A stretch of DNA of 64,000 bases from Diplonema japonicum (GCA_964019335.1 OZ025734.1:353685-417684), one strand, 5' to 3'. Positions 49,089 to 60,405 are shown, numbered from the stretch's first letter. Numbers and translations: made by a program. Notes: generated by a model not told the origin, from the letters alone.

Positions 49089-49898
49089 TCAAGGCAAGGC
49101 CATGCCTACCACTAAGGTGTGTAAGGGTATGTCGTGGTCTGTGGGGATCATTTCCTGCACCGAAATGGGCAGCATAATGTCCTTAAAGAGCGCAGTGATG
49201 GAGTCCCGCGTCGTGTTGGTGGGACATGGGATGGCGAAGAGGAGCCGTCTGTGGGCTGCCTGCTCTGAGAGCCTTTCTTTGAAAGACTTCAGGATGTCAG
49301 GGACAGCTGGGGTGGTGTCGCTTAACGAAAGTTTTTTCCCCTCGCTCCATTCTGTCTCTGCCCAGGGGGGGTCCACCAGCACCACAACATGCGCATTGTG
49401 AGGGATGTCCAGCACAGCATTCATGCTGTCAGCGTGTACAAGGCTTAGCTCAGAACACGTGCGTGTGTTTAGCTTCGCGAAATTGCCCGCAGCAGCTTTG
49501 TAGACATCCCCGTCGAGTTCGTAGCCAACACCTGTCACCTTCACAAGGTCGGTGTCCTCGTACATCTTGCTGACATGGTACAGCAGGTTGCCCGACCCTG
49601 CAAAGGGGTCCACCACCCATACCTCGCTGACTTCCATGCCTAGCTCCTCCGAATCGAGGATCTCCCTGAGCACCCTCTTGATATCCACTGCATAGTGGTC
49701 CATCTTAGTCTCGACCAGCATCCTCCCCAGCAGCACCAGCTTTTTCTTCTGGAACTGCGTGTTTCCCTCCCCGTAAACGGAAAAGGCGAACTTCCCCCTC
49801 CATGTCGCTTCTGTGAACTCGCTCCTCAGACGCTCGTCCGTCACCTCCAGCGCCCGTGGGCCCAGCAGCTCGGGTCTAATGGAATGCAGCCTGCTCAT
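49089..49898 (-). CDS. Class I SAM-dependent amino-methyltransferase (motif I DPFAGSG, motif IV DPPW)
   Basis: VVDPFAGSGN, GYELD, HADS, LVDPPW in Rossmann order. Confidence 0.85.
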   Translation of the reverse strand: MSRLHSIRPELLGPRALEVTDERLRSEFTEATWRGKFAFSVYGEGNTQFQKKKLVLLGRMLVETKMDHYAVDIKRVLREILDSEELGMEVSEVWVVDPFAGSGNLLYHVSKMYEDTDLVKVTGVGYELDGDVYKAAAGNFAKLNTRTCSELSLVHADSMNAVLDIPHNAHVVVLVDPPWAETEWSEGKKLSLSDTTPAVPDILKSFKERLSEQAAHRRLLFAIPCPTNTTRDSITALFKDIMLPISVQEMIPTDHDIPLHTLVVGMALP

Positions 49899-50189
49899 TG
49901 TTTCAAAGCTGTGTGCTCATAAGGAGAGCATTGCAACAATGGTATTTGTAAGTACTAAAATGAAAAAACGCCTGGTCTGACAAATGTTCGAGTTTTTTTC
50001 GGCGTCGACAATTTGTCAAGCCGGAAGTTGAGGCCTGCGACAACCCTCCACCTGAGCACTTCCCCGTCCACGTAGATAGTTCACTCCTTCCTCCCGGGTA
50101 GACAGTCATCTTCTTGTGTCCGACAGGTCTTCACCCCCGACAGAAATGCAAACAGATTATCTTCCAGCCGTTCGACGTGGTGCAGTTGT

Positions 50190-50480
50190 CAGGCTCATCC
50201 CCGCAGCCAGTCTGCGCTTTTCGTAACAAGTCTCCTCCACAACCTCCGGTCCTTGGTGTGAGTGCGCCCTTCGGCTCAGTTCCATCTCCGGGAGGACAGC
50301 TGCTCCCCTGCATTCCCTCTGCCGATTGGTCCTACCTCCTGGTCCCCTTCAGGACATGGTTTCTATCCTATCAGTTCCTCTTCCTCTATCTCCGTGTCAC
50401 TCTCAGTGTCGTACTCGCTATCTGTCAGCCGTCAAGTCGAGCAGACACGTATCCTGATCAGTCTGCCTTTTGACCGTGCC
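50190..50480 (-). pseudogene. Decayed LINE ORF 3' end (RTE-like C-terminus)
   Basis: Stop-interrupted frame ending RRWN*AEGRTHTKDRRLWRRLV, resembling the W...DR..WR..V end of RTE-type ORF2. Confidence 0.4.
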
Positions 50481-50598
50481 GAGCAAGCCCGCGACCAAGA
50501 TAGGTGATCCGAATACGACCAGACGGCCCACAGATAAAACCCAGTGAAGGGAAAATCTATAGGATCAAGACGCACCTCGTACTCTTACCACTCATCGG

Positions 50599-50654
50599 TT
50601 TCAGGGACTTTTAACTCTCTTTTCAAAGTTCTTTGCATCTTTCCATCACTGTAC
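50599..50654 (-). pseudogene. Isolated LSU (28S-type) rRNA fragment
   Basis: Reverse complement GTACAGTGATGGAAAGATGCAAAGAACTTTGAAAAGAGAGTTAAAAGTCCCTGAAA matches the conserved eukaryotic LSU core between D1 and D2. No other rDNA nearby. Confidence 0.8.
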
Positions 50655-51150
50655 CCTGGCTTGATACAGAACATTTCACCCCTTGTGGCGATGCTGTGTG
50701 GTCACACTGTTCTCGTTCTCGAACTTCCACCGCCACCTGCAATGAGACTCATAATCGGAGCATAATGATGGCTTATTGTATTTAGAGGGATCTTTAGAGG
50801 GATCTTTGGCTGCATCAAAGAAATCAAATGCAAAAGAAGAAGAAAAAAAGAGAAAATTAAGAAGTAGTAAACCGATCGAATAAAGAGGTGATGACACAGG
50901 GGCGATTCGATGCAGCCAACTGGACTCCGCGGCTAGAAGGGGAAGAGAAGAGAAGGGAGGGAAACTAATGTAAAATATGACCCAGGTAAATCCAGGGACA
51001 GAAACAGAGAGATGGTGTATATATATAAAAAAAAAAAAAGGAAATTCGATAAAGTTTCAGTGTGTGCCACAACCATAGAAGGAAAGAGATCCGAGTTCAT
51101 GGCTTGACGGGGCGTGGAGATGGGGTAGGAAATAGAACATATAGCGGGTG

Positions 51151-52365
51151 TCACCACAACCCGAAATCTGGTACATTGTGCGCCTCCAAGAAATGTTTTG
51201 CCTCCACCAGCATCTCGGGGGTTGTGGCAGCCTGACGCAGCACAGCAGACACCTGTTCAGCTTGTTTCTTCTTGTGGTGGCTTTCAAACGTCTCGAACGG
51301 AGACTCGATAGATCCCGGGGAAGGGTTCTCGCGGCAGTGCAGCACGTGCCTGTGTGCTTCTGCAGGGGTTTGAGATTGAAGGCACCACCCACAGAAGTGC
51401 GTGGCACAGGTTCGGCATTCAAGTGCCGTGCACCCATCAAAGACAGGAACACCATCAAGGGTTAAGGGAAAGGCACACCCGGTGGGGCAGGATAAAGTGA
51501 GGATGGCATTGATTTGCTCTGTGATGCTAGTGGCAGGTCGTGGGAGGCTGCCCTCCCTTTGCGATTTCTTCACCTTTGTAAACACTTCGCTGTCTCCAGG
51601 CGAAAGTCCTGCCCTTGCCATGTCCCTTCTGTTAAGCCCTGTGCCGCACTTTGTACAGTTTCCCTGCCCTGCCTTCGCACATGGTAAGCACGTAAAATGC
51701 ACTTCCTCTTCGTTCGCACACGGAACCACCTCGTCGAACCTTCCCTTCACCCTGCCACACCCACATGCACAGGCCAAGCATTTTCTTCTTGTTTTCCTTA
51801 GAAACGTCGTCACCTCAACAACGTCCCAATCAGTTTCGGAAACTCGCTTTTCGACAATTTTCAATGCAGAAAAGAGTCCGGTATTCCATCGACACGGGAG
51901 GCACGTGAAGCAGCTTATCAAGGGGAGAACCTCTCTGTGTTCACAGGGGGTTGGTACGAGGACGGGCATCATCAGTTTGGTAAGGTATATATTGTCTATT
52001 GTAGTTGAAGCGATATGGGGGCTCAGCACCCCCTCGACAGCCGAGAAAATAGAAAAGATTTGTTCCAACACCTGAAACCTCACAGGCCCTGAGAGTCCTG
52101 GGAGCGTCTTGCGTAACTTTGTTAGGTTCGTCACATCGAAGAGGGTCATTCTACTACCCCTGCCGATCACACGGGCCATCCCTTCTCGCCTTCCTGCGCA
52201 TATCTTATCCTGGACACTTTCAATGACCTCTTCACATCTCACTTTCAGTCTGCACCCATTATTTTCCAGTGCCGTGTCCCTGCCTGGAAGGAATTTGTTT
52301 TCTTCTTCTTTACTCAGAAGTGCGCACCCACCTGTCTCGGCTGCTTCATGTATCAACCGTGTCAT
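51151..52365 (-). CDS. RING/IBR (RBR-like) zinc-finger protein with degenerate kinase-like N-terminal part
   Basis: C..HFTCLPC..CTKC RING-like motif; LSCPTGC...FDGCTALECRTCATHFCGWC..AHRHV..C RING2/IBR-like motif. Confidence 0.72.
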   Translation of the reverse strand: MTRLIHEAAETGGCALLSKEEENKFLPGRDTALENNGCRLKVRCEEVIESVQDKICAGRREGMARVIGRGSRMTLFDVTNLTKLRKTLPGLSGPVRFQVLEQIFSIFSAVEGVLSPHIASTTIDNIYLTKLMMPVLVPTPCEHREVLPLISCFTCLPCRWNTGLFSALKIVEKRVSETDWDVVEVTTFLRKTRRKCLACACGCGRVKGRFDEVVPCANEEEVHFTCLPCAKAGQGNCTKCGTGLNRRDMARAGLSPGDSEVFTKVKKSQREGSLPRPATSITEQINAILTLSCPTGCAFPLTLDGVPVFDGCTALECRTCATHFCGWCLQSQTPAEAHRHVLHCRENPSPGSIESPFETFESHHKKKQAEQVSAVLRQAATTPEMLVEAKHFLEAHNVPDFGLW

Positions 52366-52659
52366 TTTTTTCTTTTTTTTCTTTTTTATTTTCTTTTTTT
52401 TTTTTCTTCCGTTCTCCCTGTATCCCTTTGGCGCCCCTCAAAAGGTAGTCTTGTTAAATAAGCTCTTTTTTCTTCTTTTACGTGCTGGCTGTCTTAGGGC
52501 TTTATAGAACCACCGGAAGGAAGCCTATGCAATTGAGGAGGAAAGCTAGAGGAAGAGGGAGGAAGATGATCAGACACTGCTTTCTCGGAAAAGAAAGTAA
52601 ATAAGTAGTCGGATAACATTTTGAGAGGCGTTTGCAAAGATCGGAAGAAAAGAAAAAAA

Positions 52660-55323
52660 GGTGTCTTTGAAGGGAACCTGCAGTATGTGACAGGATAGCC
52701 TAACGACAATCAACTCATCTAGTGTTTGATCCCTTCTGTCGTGGTAGTGCCTTAGGCCCGTCGTAGTATCTCATCAGCAGCTTGGGCGTGAAACCAACTA
52801 GCGAGTTGTTGAGGATGCAATGCGTTCGCATTTGTTCCTCTAGGATCGAGTGGGTGACCTTCGGGGACGCGAAGATCGGACGAGTGGAGTAACCAGTGAC
52901 GGCATGGCTGTGGAGCCCTAGGGTGCGTAGTGAGTGTACTGACTTCATAGTTTCTGCCGGAATCAGATGATTCCCCGTCCCTTTTAGATGGATCCTTTCT
53001 AAGACGCTGAGAATCCTGCCGAGCTTTCTCGCCCAGCACGCTATGTCTTCCCCACCCATGTGGAGCCTTTCCGTTGCAATGAGGTCGACTGCTAGTTCCG
53101 CCTTAGAAACTTGCCCGCCTTCCTCGCCCCATTTTAGGGCATTCAGCCAGTTGAGGACAAATGGGATTAGGCCTGGGAAGTATTTCTTCTGCAGCCCATG
53201 TTCGTGGTACCAGGGGAGAGGCTTCGGGGTTAAGAGGTTCCCCGGTCGGAATGGTCTATTCCAGAAATGCTGTTTCGTGTACCTGACCTGCTTGTCGGCG
53301 TGTAGGTTCTCGAGCTTGCCTGCCACTTCTGCTAGCATCAGGTGGAGCTCCTTGACTCTCGATAGGCTGATGTCCAAGTCCGAGGTAATGATGCCGTGTA
53401 CGCAGGTGCAGATTGGCCAGTTGATGTGTTCTTGCACTAGCCATTCGCGGTCGGCGTTGGCCGTTCTAAAACCGGCGTGTGCCGGGCAGTGCCAAATTGT
53501 ATGCTGCAGGAGGTTGCTGGTCCCGCCCCTAATGTCGAAGGGTGCGTCACACCCAAGGCATTTCGTTCGCGTGCCATCCATGTCGCCGTAGGCTCTAGGG
53601 TGTAGTGGAAGGATGGCGCCTGTAACGGCACAAAGGATTCTCCTCGCTTTCTGTGGGTTGGTGATCGCCACCTCGTTGTGTAGGACGTTCGTCTTCCTCT
53701 CGTCCACTCCTGTCTCGATTCCTTTGAAAGTGTCCCGCTCTTCGGCGAGCTCGCCCCGCAGTTTTTCTTTCAACCGCGCTCTGACCTCGTGTTTCAGGTG
53801 TGGCATGCCCCGTGGCAACTCTTTAATAAAGTCCTTCCATCTCGTCCCAATGTCCCGTAGCCATATTTCCGCATTACCAAATGGCCCCTTCGAAAGCGAC
53901 GGCGTTCCATCTCGCTCCTTTGCATACTTGTAAGTTTCCCAGCCCGACACGAATAGGGACTTGTTCGACTGTCGTGTGCACAGGCGACCTAGGGTCGAAA
54001 TGGCTTTATAGACCACCGAAGAGTAAGGGTCTAGGGTGTGTCCTTTGTAGGCAATCCCTAGCAGCGCACTGGCGGAACGCATCGGGTTGCGTGCGCCCCA
54101 GATGCATGACGTGATCTGCTTCTTCAATTTCACCAGCCAAGAGTCTGGGATTGGGTCGAAGAGGACGCCGTAGAAGGCAAATTCCTTGCGGTCCGCACCT
54201 CTCGGTAGCATGAGGGCTAACCCGATCGGCGTCACGGTGAGGGAGGTGCCCAGCGACGCGGTGGGGACGTCGGCCGCCCTGATCCCTTTCTTCAGCTGGA
54301 TGACTTCTAGTCGGTCTCTCGCGAACGCGTGTGTCCAGAAGACGCCCTGGTCCCCTGAAGCTGCTAACAGTCTCATCGCGTGTTCAGGGTCTACACGTAC
54401 GAGGGCGGTGGCTGTCTTGTTCTCTGTGGATCGGTCCATCCTGAAGACAGCATTCGGTAAGACCTTGTAGAGTCTCTCTTTGTCGCGTGCTGCTAGTAGT
54501 GCCATCCTTTTAATGGCGTTGCCATCCGCAGTGCGTTTCCACTGTGCCGCCGAGCAGTGGTCTCTCGCAATCACCGCCTTGAGTATCGTAGTCCTGTTGA
54601 TGTCCTCCTTGGGAGGGGCGCCCATGGCATGTGGGAGCACCTCGATCCCAGTGACCCAGGTTCGAATGATCCCTCTCGTCGTGGGAGAGTCTGACTCAGT
54701 GCCACCCACGAATGGCTTGGTGCAGATGATTTTGAAATCAAGGCCGAGTGCCTTGAGACGAGAGGAGAGTTGGACCGGATCCGAGGGATTGAAGATACCA
54801 GCCGTGAGCTGGTCGGGAATCACGTTGTGGATCTGCTGAGCTCCCCAGTGTTGCTGTACCAGTGCTAAGGGGGGTTTAACAGGGGCAGGTCTGCTCGTCC
54901 AATTGGTGGCCGCCCCGAGGAATGTCTTGGCGCTTCCTCTTATCTCCTTCCTCGGGGGTGTCCTCTTCGATTGTTGTTGCTGCTGCAGGGCCGGCTGTCC
55001 TTTCGATTGTTGCTGCTGGCGCTGTTGCCCCTTTGCCTGTTGGTTTTGGTGCTGCTGCTGCTGAAATTGTTGCTGGGGTTGACCCGTCTGTTGGTATGGC
55101 TGAGGAGGTTGTTGCTGAGCAAATGACTGTTGGGGTTGCGGCGGGGGCTGGTATTGTGCAGAGCTGGCTGTTGCTGCGGGGCGGGCTGTTTAGGGGAGGC
55201 CTGTGCCTTTTCGACCAACTGTAAAATGCAGCTTAGTGTGGTCAGCACCAGGCTCCTGTTTTCCTCGGAGAGGTCGCCCGCTAGCAGGCTCTGTGCCCTC
55301 TGGACCAGATGATGGGGGTCCAT
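52660..55323 (-). mobile_element. Internally deleted non-LTR retroposon (Q-rich/gag-like N-terminus fused in frame to post-RT region with CCHC finger)
   Basis: CLGCD...QHTIWHCP zinc knuckle and thumb-like AFYG...IWG region, but no YxDD or endonuclease motifs. The frame is open from a Q-rich tract at about 55190, and one frameshift links it to ATG 55323. Confidence 0.7.
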
Positions 55324-55559
55324 GATCGTCGTTGGTGAGGGGGGATAAAATAAAACTGTCTTTGTAAAATTCGCTCTCTCGTCTACCAATCACTATAAAC
55401 TTTCGTACTCCTACTGACAAACTTTTCACGTTTTCCGACTTTTACTGTAGCTTTAGAATCGTTGGTAAAAAAAGAAAAGAGGGTGTGAGGAGTGCAAGGG
55501 TAAGGGCCAGAATATGAGATCATGAAATCGAAAAAAGAAGAAGAATGACTTTGGTTGCT

Positions 55560-56030
55560 TCATAAACCCTGGCGTATGAGCAACTTCTTAACCGCGCTAA
55601 CGAACCCGTGCTTGCTATCCCTTATCCATTCTTCCTGCCAGAGGGGCACTTCCTTCAGCAGCGTCTCCAATGCAGTAAGTTCCGAAAGAGGACAAGACTC
55701 TGGCTTCTTCTGCTTCCACGCGTTTGGACTTTATCCTTTGCAGCTCTTTCGTGTGTGTCTTGTGGGCCTTTCTCTCATTACCATGAGTTCTTTGTATGTC
55801 CCCACACATGTCCACCGCTATGTTGCTTCTCCTAGGATGACGCCTATCCCTATCGCGTACTTTTCCACTTTCTTCAATTGGTTTTAGATGTCATATGGGA
55901 GTATTCCTTCGTAGTCCCCAAACCGCGAGAGGAAGCTATCTATCTTTCTTGAGCAATGCGTGCTTGTGCTCCTTCCATGTCGCTGCCCGCATCCTCCACT
56001 GGTCGAGCTACCCAACTCTTAACTTCGGCT
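55560..56030 (-). pseudogene. Degenerate coding relic of unknown origin
   Basis: Coding-like composition with several in-frame stops (RKIDSFLSRFGDYEG...LETLLKEVPLWQEEWIRD). Confidence 0.3.
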
Positions 56031-56689
56031 CACACCCAAGGAAAAATGAAAAGTAGATTATACAAGCGTTTTCCCTCCCCAAAAAAAAATTAAGAATGAG
56101 TTTGAAATGTTTGGTATTGGTGAGCAATAGCTATTCACTGCCAACGAGTAATCCGTAGGGCCGAGATGGTAAAGTGCGGACCAGTAAAGTCGTTCTTGAT
56201 GGTAGGTAAGTAGTTTTATCTCACAACACTCTGAAATTACTTCACCCAGGGATACAGTGGTTTTTGGTTTCTTTCTTTTCTTTTTTTTCTCCTTCTTCTT
56301 CCTTCCCTGTTGCTAGGAGCTGCCTATCGCTGAGGCTAGTCCTTTCTCGCTTTCTTTTACTTGGCATTTCACTTTAAAAATCACTTAAAAGAAGGGGGGG
56401 GGGGGGGGGGGGGGGTATCCCTTCTTACCCACTTTACCTCGACACGGAAAAGCCCAACCTCACGGCGAAGGCCATTAATTCGTGAATTGCTGCAAACAAG
56501 ACGGCCAAGACCGCAGGCAAGTAGGACGTTATATAAATTGACCTCTCTTTTTAATTCCATCGAAACTCTTACTACAAGAAACAATTTCTTTCAGGGAAAG
56601 CATTTTTCTTTCTTTTTAATTTCTTCTCGGCTTGGAAAAAAAAAAAGGAGAGAAAAAAAACCTTGAAAAAAGCATGTCATGCATCTTCA

Positions 56690-59131
56690 TCATGCCCAAG
56701 TAGCCAATTGTGAAAATAAAAACATTGAACGCCCCTCTGCGATGTTGCTTACTGCCCAGCTCTGGACATCAGTCGGTTTCTTCATGGGCTCAACTGCATG
56801 TTTTGACCCGGGGTGTGCTAAAAGCTCACGCAGCGCATTAGCCACAGGGTCCACCTCCTCTGCCTCCTCAAGCTGGTACATCCACTCCTCCTCCGCCAAC
56901 ACCACCTCGTCCCCAACCTCATGAACTATAAATGGCTTCATTGTCTCATGTGCCTTCAGCAATACCACGGCGAAGGCTTGACGCTTGCCCTTCAACATCT
57001 CGACAATGCCGGGGGACACTAAAGTGATGGGGCGATTTAGGTCCTTCCTGATAACATCTGCCGCAGCAGAGATGCCTTTCAACTCCAGCAAACATGTACC
57101 CTTCATCCCAAAACCCTTGTGTGTCGCCGACCCGAGGTTCCCCGCTGTACAATCTCCATACACTGCAGCCATAGTCGGTTTCGCAGAAGGCGCTTTACCC
57201 GAAAATGTCCTACAAAAGGTAACAGCACGAGAGTTAGAATCAGTGCAGCGGAGTCCCACGTTCCATGTGATGGTGAAGATGAGAGGGTCGGAGACAGAGA
57301 ACCCATGTACGAGACCCCGGGTGCTCTGTGCTGTATCGTGCATCACCTCAACAAGCGGTCCAAACGCAGCAGAAAGATTGGCGCCTTCGAAAATGTGTGG
57401 TGAAAGAGACAGACGCACCACAGTGCCTTTGTAGTTCTGAAGATGCATGGAGAGATTCTGTGCCACTTGTTTGTGGGCGCTCATCGAGTCTTTGCTTTCA
57501 CTTCTGTTGGTGCTAGATGGTGCATCACTCACCTCGTTTTCTTCGTCTGTGGCCTCAACAAACAAGGTGTTCGGGAGGTAAGCCTTGTACTCCCTCAAAC
57601 CTTTGATCGCCATGCGCAATCCATCAGTGACACGAGCTACCTCCTTCACCATCACAGGCTTGTACATCGCATTCATGTGTATCTCCGCCCCGTCAAGATC
57701 CATCGTCTCCAGATACCTATTCCCAACAACAAGCCTCCCCAGCGGACGGGCGATAAGAACGATCTCCAACACAGCAATGGCAAGGTCGACCACGAAGATC
57801 ACAACAGAGGCGATGATGAGCTGGACCAACGCCGCGAACACTTTACTGTTCACAGAAGACACAGTGCGCATCCAGAGAAGCTCGAGAGAACCATCAGTGA
57901 TGGTGTAGACATCAATGAGGCGCAGGAAGTACTCCCCGCCGTCCAGCGACACACCAACGTGGTAGTCCTTCTTGTACAGGGGGTTGGTTTTGCTCACATC
58001 AGATGGAGCAAAGTGTTCACCGTACCGGACATGGACCTGCATGTCCGTGGAGGAAAGATCAGCGGTGAAGAAGGTCTCCCTAGGTCGGGTTTTGGAAGCA
58101 TTCACAGCATCAGCCACAGTGGGGCCAAGGTCAATGGAGCGTAGCGTGCAACCGTCGCCCCATGCTGAATCCGAACAGCCAAAGCATAAGTTGTAGCATT
58201 GAAACCTGATAGCTGGTCCGCTGTAAATAGTGTGTGCGTAGATCTCGTCCAGATGCGAGTTCAGTACCACCAGCTCGGTGTTTTCTGTCTCGAACTCGCG
58301 TATGACAGTTGTCCAGGGGCGAAACGTGAAGAAGCCGTTCATAACAAAGTTATATGTCCCTTTGGCCCACGGGAGGTCGTAGCGGATGCGGTAGGCGTTG
58401 TAAGAATAAGGGGAGCCGTCCTCAGCATTCCAATAGTAGGTCGGGGACCAGGCCCCCTCGTAGGAGACCGACGCGATGTCCTCCAGCTTCCATTTCACAG
58501 TTGCAACGGAATAGGTTTTGATAGTGTGCTTCACATCAGGTGCGTATTCACCGGTGTTGTTGTCCAATGCGGTGTTGTATCTGATTTGTTCCTTTGTGAT
58601 GGGATCGAAGCTCCTGCCCATAATCGTAGCGTTGCCTATCGTGTGCTCTTGGAACCAGTACTTTGTTTCGTTGCCGTAGGCGTCAAGTATAGGGTCGTAC
58701 CAGACAGAAGCCCTGCTAATCCCTTCTGGATCCTCCCACGGAGGGACGCACCCTGAGCATGATGCGTTCGACCCATACTGGGTCTTTCCAATCTCGTAAG
58801 CTGCCCCATACCCGTACTGTGAGGCCCGTAGCGATGCAAACATCTGTGCAAGGAAGATGTCGTTTACGTGCTTCGTGCCCATCGAGAAGTTCATAATGTC
58901 GTTCCTGCTTATTGTTATGAACCCCTCATGAGCCTTTGCCTTTACATCGTCCAGCATCGATGCCAGCCGCAGCCTTGCACTCTTCGACGCCGACGCACTG
59001 TTGTCGTCCACCGCGGAACGAAGGACTGAGATACTCTCCGCATACAGTAGATACCCTGCCAAGAGGGAGATGGCAGTGGACACCAATGTTGAGACGAAAA
59101 TAATCAGCAGCGAGGGCACGTGGAGTGGCAT
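56690..59131 (-). CDS. Receptor-type adenylate/guanylate cyclase-like protein with degenerate catalytic domain
   Basis: TM, extracellular sensor, TM, HAMP-like linker (RPL..L...EV..V..GL..L.EYKAYLP), class III cyclase-like GDCTAGNLGSATHKGF. Confidence 0.82.
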   Translation of the reverse strand: MPLHVPSLLIIFVSTLVSTAISLLAGYLLYAESISVLRSAVDDNSASASKSARLRLASMLDDVKAKAHEGFITISRNDIMNFSMGTKHVNDIFLAQMFASLRASQYGYGAAYEIGKTQYGSNASCSGCVPPWEDPEGISRASVWYDPILDAYGNETKYWFQEHTIGNATIMGRSFDPITKEQIRYNTALDNNTGEYAPDVKHTIKTYSVATVKWKLEDIASVSYEGAWSPTYYWNAEDGSPYSYNAYRIRYDLPWAKGTYNFVMNGFFTFRPWTTVIREFETENTELVVLNSHLDEIYAHTIYSGPAIRFQCYNLCFGCSDSAWGDGCTLRSIDLGPTVADAVNASKTRPRETFFTADLSSTDMQVHVRYGEHFAPSDVSKTNPLYKKDYHVGVSLDGGEYFLRLIDVYTITDGSLELLWMRTVSSVNSKVFAALVQLIIASVVIFVVDLAIAVLEIVLIARPLGRLVVGNRYLETMDLDGAEIHMNAMYKPVMVKEVARVTDGLRMAIKGLREYKAYLPNTLFVEATDEENEVSDAPSSTNRSESKDSMSAHKQVAQNLSMHLQNYKGTVVRLSLSPHIFEGANLSAAFGPLVEVMHDTAQSTRGLVHGFSVSDPLIFTITWNVGLRCTDSNSRAVTFCRTFSGKAPSAKPTMAAVYGDCTAGNLGSATHKGFGMKGTCLLELKGISAAADVIRKDLNRPITLVSPGIVEMLKGKRQAFAVVLLKAHETMKPFIVHEVGDEVVLAEEEWMYQLEEAEEVDPVANALRELLAHPGSKHAVEPMKKPTDVQSWAVSNIAEGRSMFLFSQLATWA

Positions 59132-60405
59132 TTCTTATTATTTTTCTTTTTTTGTAGTTCTTTCTTTCAACCTGGATTTTGGTATTTCAGTTTTTGCGCT
59201 AATCCGAAGAACAGAAAAGAAGAAGAATTCGTGGCATCGAAATAAACAGGTGAATCCTAATTAGGATTCGACCAGTGCTGTGCAATACAACACAATGCAA
59301 CAAGACCCAACGCAGCGTGACGCGATGCGACACAGCACAACGCAATGAAACGTGACTTGTGTGCGTTGTATTGCGTTGCATCAAGTCATGCTACATTGTG
59401 TCGCCGAGAAAGTAGCTTGAAAGCAAATAAATAAAAAAATCGATAAAGTTTCAGTCTGCATGGGGAAATTCACACTAATTGATCACCGTTTTGCGGTTGC
59501 TGTCTGGTGCTTGCAGTGGCTGTTTGTCGCGATGAGATGGACGGCATCTGGGCGAGAAACATTACATGTACATTTCCGTCTCACGGATTCTTCCTATGTA
59601 TAAAGCATACTCTGTTATCAGATCAAAACTTATCTCTGATGTCGACTTGCATCGGTGGCAGCAGTGTTGGGTATGACCCCTCCCTCCCCTCCCCTTGGCT
59701 AAAAAATGGGACAAGAGGGGACAACATGGGACAACGTGGGTCAAGAGGGGCAACAGGGGTCAAGAGTGGATACACCTGAAAACCCCCCTAAGTGCCAAAA
59801 AACTTTTTCCCTCACAAAAAAAGTGGTCAAAAATACCCAAAAATTGATTTCTTTTTCAAAAAAAAAAAAAGGGTTTTCTCAAAAAGTACTGTCCAAAGTA
59901 CCTATTCTAGGCCTTAATAGAGGCTAATAGTGAAAGTGGGATGGTTGGGGGTCAAAAAAAAGTGCCCAAAAAAAATTTTTTTCCTCACAAAAAGTGGTCA
60001 AAAACACCTGAAAAGTGATATTTTACCTCAGAAAAAAAGATTTTTTCAGGAAGGGTACCTAAACTAGGCCTAGTATTAGTGTTGGTGTTGCCAAAATGGG
60101 TCGAAAATTAAAGTACCCAGCTGTGGTTACCTAATTGAATTTTTTTTTAAGTCTATTTTAACCTATTCTGGGCCCTAATAGAGCAGTGTTGTTACGAGAA
60201 TGGGTTGCCCCCCCCGAGATTTTCGGGGGGGGCACGGGGGGGCAAATCCAGGGGGGGTGGGGGGGCAGGGGGGGCAAAAAAATTTTTCTTTATAGTGTCC
60301 AAAAAAAATTTTTTTCCACCCAAAAAAAGTTGTCAAAGACACCCAAAAATTGATTTTTTTTCCAAAAAAAAAATTTTTTTTTTCTCAAAAGTACCTATCC
60401 TAGGC

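Noticed and set aside
56449-56466. AAGCCCAACCTCACGGCG resembling module D
   Set aside because: The match is short and gapped with no boxes; it could be chance.
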